Below, in pieces: positions 26,814 to 32,000 of a DNA stretch of 32,000 nt. Numbering within the stretch: position 1 is the stretch's first letter; the number at the start of each line of letters is the position of its first letter. The notes beneath the pieces are model-generated. The model saw only the letters and a program-made list of their open reading frames with translations, was not told the origin of the DNA and searched no databases. The position numbers were made by a program, and so were the translations under genes. The stretch covers positions 390,001-422,000 of the forward strand of contig NC_020409.1 of NCBI RefSeq assembly GCF_000341895.1, given 5' to 3'. This DNA is from Pseudodesulfovibrio piezophilus C1TLV30. Lineage in GTDB: Bacteria; Desulfobacterota; Desulfovibrionia; Desulfovibrionales; Desulfovibrionaceae.

Positions 26814-28010
26814 TTACTCCGAAAAACTCTTTGTGCAGGCAGGAGCCATTTTTTCAGCGGAGAAAGGAGAAAGCTTACGTAGGTTTTTAATAAGATCTGG
26901 CATGCTTTCCAGTACGAAATCAATCTCTTCATTTGTATTGAATCGACTCAAGCTGAATCGAATTGAACCATGTGCAAAGGTAAAAGGAATCCCCATGGCA
27001 CGAAGGACATGAGACGGTTCAAGGCTTCCTGAAGTACATGCGGAACCAGAGCTTGCACATATTCCGAGTTGATCCATCATGAGCAGGATGGCTTCGCCTT
27101 CAACATATCCAAATGAGATGTTGGATGTATTGGGAAGGCGGCTTTCTTTGTCTCCATTCAAAATAGAGTCGGGAATGCTTGCAAGGAGCCCTGATTCCAG
27201 CTTGTCTCTCAGTTGTTTGACCTCAGTCTTTTCCTTCTCCATGTGTTGCATGGCCAGTTGGCAAGCCTTGCCAAGAGCGATGATGCCCGTTGTATTTTCT
27301 GTTCCGGCCCGACGACTACGTTCCTGATGGCCTCCAATAAGAAATGGTCGAAAAGGGAGACGTTTTCTGACAAACAAGGCACCGACTCCTTTGGGAGCAT
27401 GGAGCTTGTGACCGGAGAGAGAAAGCATGTCGATAGGAGCAGAATGCAGGTCGATGGAAACCTTACCGACAGCTTGAACTGCGTCTGTGTGAAATATGAC
27501 CCCATATTCTTTGGCTATACGCGCCATTTCTTCAATAGGATATATGTTGCCTGTTTCATTATTCGCCCACATAATGGAAATGATGGCTGTGTCCTTTCGA
27601 ATACTTTTTCTGTATTCATCAAGGTCAAGGCGACCGTGCTCATCTGTGCCGAGATATGTGACCTCATAGCCGTCTTTTTTTGCGAGGAATTTGCACAGAC
27701 TGAGAACAGCTGGGTGTTCGACGCGGGTCGTAATAATGTGTTTTTTATCAGGCTGCGCATTCAGTGCTGAGCGTATGGCGGTGTTGTCTGATTCTGACCC
27801 ACACGAAGTAAAAATGATCTCTTCAGGTGAACAGCCGAGGAGGTCGGCTACCTGTTGCCTTGCTTCTGCAATTCGTCCTCCTACTTGTCCTCCAAAGCGA
27901 TGCATTGATGACGGATTTCCGTACAATTCTGAAAAGAAAGGCTTTATTTCATCAAATACGGCTGGATCAACTTGAGTCGTTGCATTGTTATCCATATAGA
28001 TGGTTTTCAT
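26814..28010 (-). CDS. nifS: Cysteine desulfurase, NifS/IscS class
   Basis: I chose the ATG at 28010 ([12 protein letters not shown]...). The PLP-Lys region is [12 protein letters not shown] and the active-site Cys loop is SSGSACTSG. Confidence 0.9.
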   Translation of the reverse strand: MKTIYMDNNATTQVDPAVFDEIKPFFSELYGNPSSMHRFGGQVGGRIAEARQQVADLLGCSPEEIIFTSCGSESDNTAIRSALNAQPDKKHIITTRVEHPAVLSLCKFLAKKDGYEVTYLGTDEHGRLDLDEYRKSIRKDTAIISIMWANNETGNIYPIEEMARIAKEYGVIFHTDAVQAVGKVSIDLHSAPIDMLSLSGHKLHAPKGVGALFVRKRLPFRPFLIGGHQERSRRAGTENTTGIIALGKACQLAMQHMEKEKTEVKQLRDKLESGLLASIPDSILNGDKESRLPNTSNISFGYVEGEAILLMMDQLGICASSGSACTSGSLEPSHVLRAMGIPFTFAHGSIRFSLSRFNTNEEIDFVLESMPDLIKNLRKLSPFSAEKMAPACTKSFSE

Positions 28011-28014
28011 TTTC

Positions 28015-28866
28015 CTATGCCTCCTGAACCGTGATAGATGGGTCAACTTTCTCCTTGAGTTTTCCTTCGACAAGATTATTCAAGGTCAGTTGGCTTGATG
28101 GGCAGTTGGAACACATCCCCATGAATTTTACCACGACTTCATCTTTATTGATATCTATGAGGCTGATATCTCCGCCATCAGCCTGCAGGAGAGGTCTCAC
28201 TTCTTCATCAATAACAGATTCGATGAGATGCATGCGTTGAATATTCGTCAAGCCTTGAGCCGGAAATGCCGATTCGGTGGAAGGGGGTTCACAGACTCCT
28301 TCACCGCGGGATTCTGCAAGAAGTCTGGCCAAATCATCCACGCATTTTCCGCACCCGCCGCCAGCCTTGGTAAAGTTTGTTATATCTTCAACTGTCTTGA
28401 GATCATTTTCTTTGATCGCACGGAGTATTTCTTCATCAAAGATTCCAAAGCATTCACAGATCAGTTCTCCTTCGTGAGAATGTTCTGCTTGAGGTGGTGC
28501 TTCACCGCGCATGTTCTTCAAAGCTTGATCCAATGCTTCCTGTCCCATCACGGAGCAGTGCATCTTCTCGCGTGGAAGTCCACCAAGGAACTCGGCAATG
28601 TCCTTGTTGGTCAGCTCTTCAGCCTTATCAACAGGCATTCCAATAAGCATTTCGGTGAGAGCTGAGCTGGAGGCTATTGCACTCGCACAGCCAAAAGTCT
28701 GAAATTTAGCGTCTGTTATTATTCCATCATTAACCTTGATATAAAGAGTCAACGCGTCTCCGCAGGCAAGAGAACCTACTTCTCCAATGCCATCAGCGTC
28801 ATCAAGCTTTCCTGCATTTCTGGGGTTCAAAAAATGATCTTTAACCTTGTCGGTGTATTCCCACAT
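28015..28866 (-). CDS. nifU: Full-length three-domain NifU Fe-S cluster scaffold
   Basis: 283 aa. The IscU-like N-terminal domain carries GSLACGD, FGCASAIASS and MHCS. The central BFD-like [2Fe-2S] region reads CECFG...GGGCGKC. The C-terminal NifU domain carries GMCSNCPSS. Confidence 0.9.
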   Translation of the reverse strand: MWEYTDKVKDHFLNPRNAGKLDDADGIGEVGSLACGDALTLYIKVNDGIITDAKFQTFGCASAIASSSALTEMLIGMPVDKAEELTNKDIAEFLGGLPREKMHCSVMGQEALDQALKNMRGEAPPQAEHSHEGELICECFGIFDEEILRAIKENDLKTVEDITNFTKAGGGCGKCVDDLARLLAESRGEGVCEPPSTESAFPAQGLTNIQRMHLIESVIDEEVRPLLQADGGDISLIDINKDEVVVKFMGMCSNCPSSQLTLNNLVEGKLKEKVDPSITVQEA

Positions 28867-28990
28867 GATATTCTCCTGAGATAATAAAACTATTTATATA
28901 AATGTGAATACTATACCATGAACGGCTTTATGTCGCTGGTAATATGGTTAATCTAATGTAAGTTCAGAGGAGGACAGTGTAAAGCCAGTA

Positions 28991-29017
28991 AATAAGAAAA
29001 CCGACTAAAATAGTCGG
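28991..29017 (-). terminator. Rho-independent terminator of the DUF493 gene
   Basis: 7-bp stem CCGACTA / TAGTCGG (29001-29007 / 29011-29017). On the minus strand it is followed by TTTTCTTATTT. It lies about 35 nt after the stop at 29052. Confidence 0.55.
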
Positions 29018-29051
29018 CTTTGTCGGGAAAGTGAAAAGGATATTTTAATTA

Positions 29052-29315
29052 TTAGAGGGACATGATACCAGGAACTATGGATACTTTTTCGTAGATATCC
29101 ATGACCTCTTTGCTGGAGTATGCATGGACCTCGGCTGTCACACTGGTATATTTGCCAGTCTTGGTATTTTTTTTGTTTCTACTTTCGTTTTCTGGGAAAA
29201 AATCCTTGATAAGTTGAAGGTTTTCACTCGGAACTATAAATTTAAATACGTATGGGCATGGCCATTCATGGCATTCATCGAGGGTTTCTTTGAAACGTGC
29301 TTTTTTCTCAGGCAT
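29052..29315 (-). CDS. DUF493 (YbeD-like) small protein
   Basis: 87 aa. From memory, it is collinear with E. coli YbeD: WPCPYVFKFIV vs FPTPFTYKVMG, TKTGKYTSVTAEV vs SSKGNYHSVSITI, and IYEKVSIVPGIMSL vs LYEELGKIDIVRMVL. Confidence 0.6.
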   Translation of the reverse strand: MPEKKARFKETLDECHEWPCPYVFKFIVPSENLQLIKDFFPENESRNKKNTKTGKYTSVTAEVHAYSSKEVMDIYEKVSIVPGIMSL

Positions 29316-29504
29316 ATGGTTCTCCTTAGCAAATCAGATTGTGGGAAATATATTTAGAGAGAGTCTTTGTCAAATAAATGAAAATGACAGTAGTGGTCTT
29401 GCTAAATTGAGTATAATTATAAAACAAATTCGATCAAGGTTTTGCTAGTCTACCAAATGAGTAGATTCCGACCAATCATATTGAGCTGACCTTTCAGGGG
29501 TAAA

Positions 29505-31643
29505 ATGAATTATTCTGTAGATATACTCGCTGTCGATGATGAAAGGATCAATTTGAAACTTATCCAGGGTATCCTGCGTGATGAAGATATTAACTTGGTC
29601 ATGGCTCAGTCTGGTGAAGAAGCTCTCGAATTGATTGAAGGGAATGATTTTGCCGTCGCGCTTTTTGATGTCATGATGCCTGGGATGGACGGTTTTGAAT
29701 TGGCAGAAAAGTTCCGCAGCATGGAACAGACCTACAACATACCCCTTATCTTTATCACGGCAATAAGTAAGGAACAGCGCCATGTCTTTCGGGGGTACGA
29801 GCTTGGTGCAGTCGATTATCTTTTCAAGCCAGTCGAACCGGAGATATTGCGAGGGAAAGTTCACACCTTTGCAGAGTTGCATCGAAATAAAAGAACTTTG
29901 GAAGAGACAACTCGCCGGTTGGAGAAGACTATTGAAGAGTTGGAGTCCTCTCGTTTGGCTCTTCAGGATTCTGAGCAGCGGTATCGTATGGTCGCGGACT
30001 ACAATTATGACTGGGAAAGTTGGATTGATACTGACGGCAGTCCAATTTATGTCTCTCCGGCTTGTGAACGCATTAGCGGTTACCCACCGGATAAATTCCT
30101 GGAAAATCCTGATTTTGTTGAGCGTATTATACACAGAGATGATTTGCTTGCCTGGCATAACTATATGTCAGACAAAACATCCGGAGAAGAGCAGGCGATA
30201 GATTTTCGCATTAATCATAGAGATGCTCGCGTGCGCTGGGTGAGTCTTATTAAGCATACCATTGAAAATGAAAACGGTGCTCCTTTAGGAATACGGACAA
30301 ATATACGCGACGTGACCAGCCGCAAACAAATGGAGCAACAACTCAAGCATAGCTCTCTTCATGATCCATTGACAGGGTTACCCAACAGGGCACTGTTTCT
30401 TGATCGGGTAAATAGGGCTCTTGACAGAGCTGTTGGTCAGGAAAAGGTCTTTGGGTTGCTTTTTATCAATCTTGATCGGTTTCAGGCCATCAATGATCAT
30501 TACGGGCATTCCGTAGGTGATAAGGTCCTGGTCAACGTTAGTGTGAGGTTGAGGGAACGCATCCGACCTACTGATACGCTGGCCCGTTTTGGCGGGGATG
30601 AGTTTGTGATTCTTTTTGAACAAATTGATCGTAAAGATGATGCGCGAAGCCTGGTGAAAGATATCAAAGAGTGTTTTAGTCAACCATTTGTTATTGATGG
30701 TATTGACTTTCCTATTACTGCCAGTTTCGGTTTTGAAGCAGCTCGTAGTAGTCTCCTCAACAAAGATGAACTTGTTCATAATGCTCAGTTGGCAATGTAC
30801 AAGGCGAAAGAGAAGGGGAAAAATCGCTATGCAGAATACTCTCCTAAAATGCGTGAGGGAATTGTTAATGTCATCGCTGTGGAAAGTGATCTGAAAAGAG
30901 CTTTAAAGGAAAAGGAATTCGAGGCTTTCTTTCAACCTATAGTGAATTTGGCAGACGGTTCACTTTATGGATTCGAAGCTCTGGCCCGTTGGGTCCATCC
31001 TGAACGTGGTTTGGTTAATCCAGGAGAGTTTATTCCGGTAGCTGAAGAAACGGGCCTTATTGTCGAATTGGGGAGGCAAATTCTTGAGGATGCATGTTCA
31101 ACACTCAGTCATTGGAGATCGACACATCAAGGAGCGGAAAGCCTCACTATGGCGGTTAATATCTCCGCAAAACAGTTTGCCGAGGCAACGCTTGTTGCCG
31201 AAGTGGAGTCGATACTTGATCGATCGGGGTTGCCTCCAGGGAACCTGAAGTTGGAGATCACTGAAACCGTTGTCATGGGGGATGCCATGGAATCAACCAA
31301 TCGGTTGAATCTCTTGAAATCCCTTGGGCTGATGCTTTCTATTGATGATTTTGGGACAGGGTATTCCTCTATGAGCTATTTGCAAAAATTCCCCATGGAT
31401 CAACTGAAAATTGATCTAAGTTTTGTACGAAGAATGGAGAAGTCACCAGAGAATATTGAAATTATTAGGGCTATTGTCAATATGGCTCATAGTCTCAGAT
31501 TAAGAGTTGTTGCTGAGGGAATAGAAACAGAACGGCAACGTGATTTGCTTTATTCCTTGCAATGCGATTATGGACAAGGCTATCTCTATGCCAAGCCGCT
31601 TCCAAGGGCGGAAGCGGAATTGTTGCTGGAAAAGTTGAAATAG
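29505..31643 (+). CDS. Response-regulator receiver + PAS + GGDEF + EAL multidomain c-di-GMP turnover protein
   Basis: 712 aa. REC domain: ILAVDDE...LFDVMMPGMDG...FITA.SK. A coiled linker precedes a PAS domain (YRMVADYNYDWESWIDTDGSPIYVSPACERISGYP). The GGDEF domain has RPTD (I-site RxxD) five residues before an intact GGDEF (30591-30605). The EAL domain has an intact EAL (Glu at 30975-30977) plus DDFGTGYSS, EGIET and QGYLYAKP. Confidence 0.9.
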   Translation: MNYSVDILAVDDERINLKLIQGILRDEDINLVMAQSGEEALELIEGNDFAVALFDVMMPGMDGFELAEKFRSMEQTYNIPLIFITAISKEQRHVFRGYELGAVDYLFKPVEPEILRGKVHTFAELHRNKRTLEETTRRLEKTIEELESSRLALQDSEQRYRMVADYNYDWESWIDTDGSPIYVSPACERISGYPPDKFLENPDFVERIIHRDDLLAWHNYMSDKTSGEEQAIDFRINHRDARVRWVSLIKHTIENENGAPLGIRTNIRDVTSRKQMEQQLKHSSLHDPLTGLPNRALFLDRVNRALDRAVGQEKVFGLLFINLDRFQAINDHYGHSVGDKVLVNVSVRLRERIRPTDTLARFGGDEFVILFEQIDRKDDARSLVKDIKECFSQPFVIDGIDFPITASFGFEAARSSLLNKDELVHNAQLAMYKAKEKGKNRYAEYSPKMREGIVNVIAVESDLKRALKEKEFEAFFQPIVNLADGSLYGFEALARWVHPERGLVNPGEFIPVAEETGLIVELGRQILEDACSTLSHWRSTHQGAESLTMAVNISAKQFAEATLVAEVESILDRSGLPPGNLKLEITETVVMGDAMESTNRLNLLKSLGLMLSIDDFGTGYSSMSYLQKFPMDQLKIDLSFVRRMEKSPENIEIIRAIVNMAHSLRLRVVAEGIETERQRDLLYSLQCDYGQGYLYAKPLPRAEAELLLEKLK

Positions 31644-31684
31644 CAGCGAACTGTCGAATCGTTGAAGTAAGGGAGCCCAATATA

Positions 31685-31867
31685 ATGAACTTGAGCGCAC
31701 CGCAGTTGATCACCTGGATCATCGGCGTCATCGTTGGCCTACTTGGTATTCTTATTCAATTGGATGTGATGTCAGTCCCGGCCTTGGAAGATCTTGTAAG
31801 ACCTTTCTGGCTTGTCTCTACGGGATTTGTGATTCTGGCTATTTCGAATTTATTTCGAAGACTTTGA
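31685..31867 (+). CDS. Small (60 aa) two-helix membrane protein, function unknown
   Basis: The ATG at 31685 has AAGGGAG 7-13 nt upstream. The sequence MNLSAPQLITWIIGVIVGLLGILIQL...FWLVSTGFVILAISNLF has two hydrophobic spans, and a strong terminator follows. The longer ORF-track version (from 31562) overlaps the EAL gene end. Confidence 0.45.
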   Translation: MNLSAPQLITWIIGVIVGLLGILIQLDVMSVPALEDLVRPFWLVSTGFVILAISNLFRRL

Positions 31868-31890
31868 TCTTTTTTTTTAGAGTGTTTCGT

Positions 31891-31932
31891 AGGGGCCTAT
31901 CGATTTATTCGATAGGCCCCTTGTCGTTATTC
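31891..31932 (+). terminator. Terminator after the small membrane protein gene
   Basis: Perfect 13-bp GC-rich stem AGGGGCCTATCGA / TCGATAGGCCCCT with a 5-nt loop, followed by a moderately T-rich TTGTCGTTATT. Confidence 0.6.
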
Positions 31933-32000
31933 AGAATTGTGTGATAATTTATTGCCTATTGATAGGAAGGATTCAGTACTCAATCGCTCGTCAGGGCGGC

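Noticed and set aside
29445-30158. 237-aa ORF on the minus strand overlapping the 5' part of the REC-PAS-GGDEF-EAL gene
   Set aside because: It lies entirely antisense to a gene with unmistakable domain motifs. Its translation has no recognisable motif, and its composition (rich in F/I/R/S/Q) looks like an antisense-frame artefact. There is no ribosome-binding site.
31928-32000. Possible 3' end of a minus-strand gene entering from the right edge (frame open for 23 codons, stop TAA at 31930-31928)
   Set aside because: A 23-codon open frame is too short to tell from chance, and no motif is recognisable. On the minus strand the adjacent hairpin lacks a following T-run.
1-32000. Searched by eye for CRISPR repeats, IS/transposase or integrase genes, tRNA/rRNA genes and prophage remnants
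   Set aside because: I saw no regularly spaced direct repeats, recombinase-like ORFs, cloverleaf-like intergenic sequences or terminal inverted repeats. This was a visual scan only, so short or degenerate elements could have been missed.

Overview
The window reads as a chromosomal segment from a Desulfovibrionales-type sulfate reducer. That guess rests on the nifU-nifS-cysK-cysE order, the ileS-lspA pair, the many Fe-S, c-di-GMP and chemotaxis genes, and a GC content that looks to be in the mid-40s percent by eye. I can support about 30 protein-coding genes in six co-directional blocks. I saw no rRNA, tRNA, CRISPR array, transposase, integrase or obvious phage genes. Most of the content is housekeeping: thiL, a UvrD/PcrA helicase, trmFO, metY, ileS, lspA and the nifUS-cysKE genes.

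Five regions do not look like ordinary housekeeping:
1. 14.4-17.6 kb holds a self-contained, translationally coupled pair of predicted lipoproteins. One is a 748-aa protein with an unrecognisable ~560-aa N-terminal region and a C-terminal trypsin-like Ser protease. The other is a TraT-family, surface-exclusion-like lipoprotein. The pair has its own sigma70-like promoter and terminators. This is my best candidate for an undescribed envelope system.
2. 3.3-6.9 kb holds a tightly coupled MATE/MOP transporter, a stand-alone MprF-C-terminal-like (DUF2156) transferase and a phosphodiesterase-family enzyme. It reads like a split lipid or envelope modification module.
3. 17.8-19.5 kb holds a NIL-ferredoxin, a PilZ protein and an orphan CheZ in a compact array.
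4. 7.2-11.4 kb holds orphan ABC/ECF parts (dppD/F-type ATPases and cbiQO) with no permease or substrate-capture component. The CbiO has a His-rich tail.
5. 29.5-31.6 kb holds a REC-PAS-GGDEF-EAL protein with all signature motifs intact.

All functional calls come from motif-level reading of the supplied translations. No database search or computation was run.
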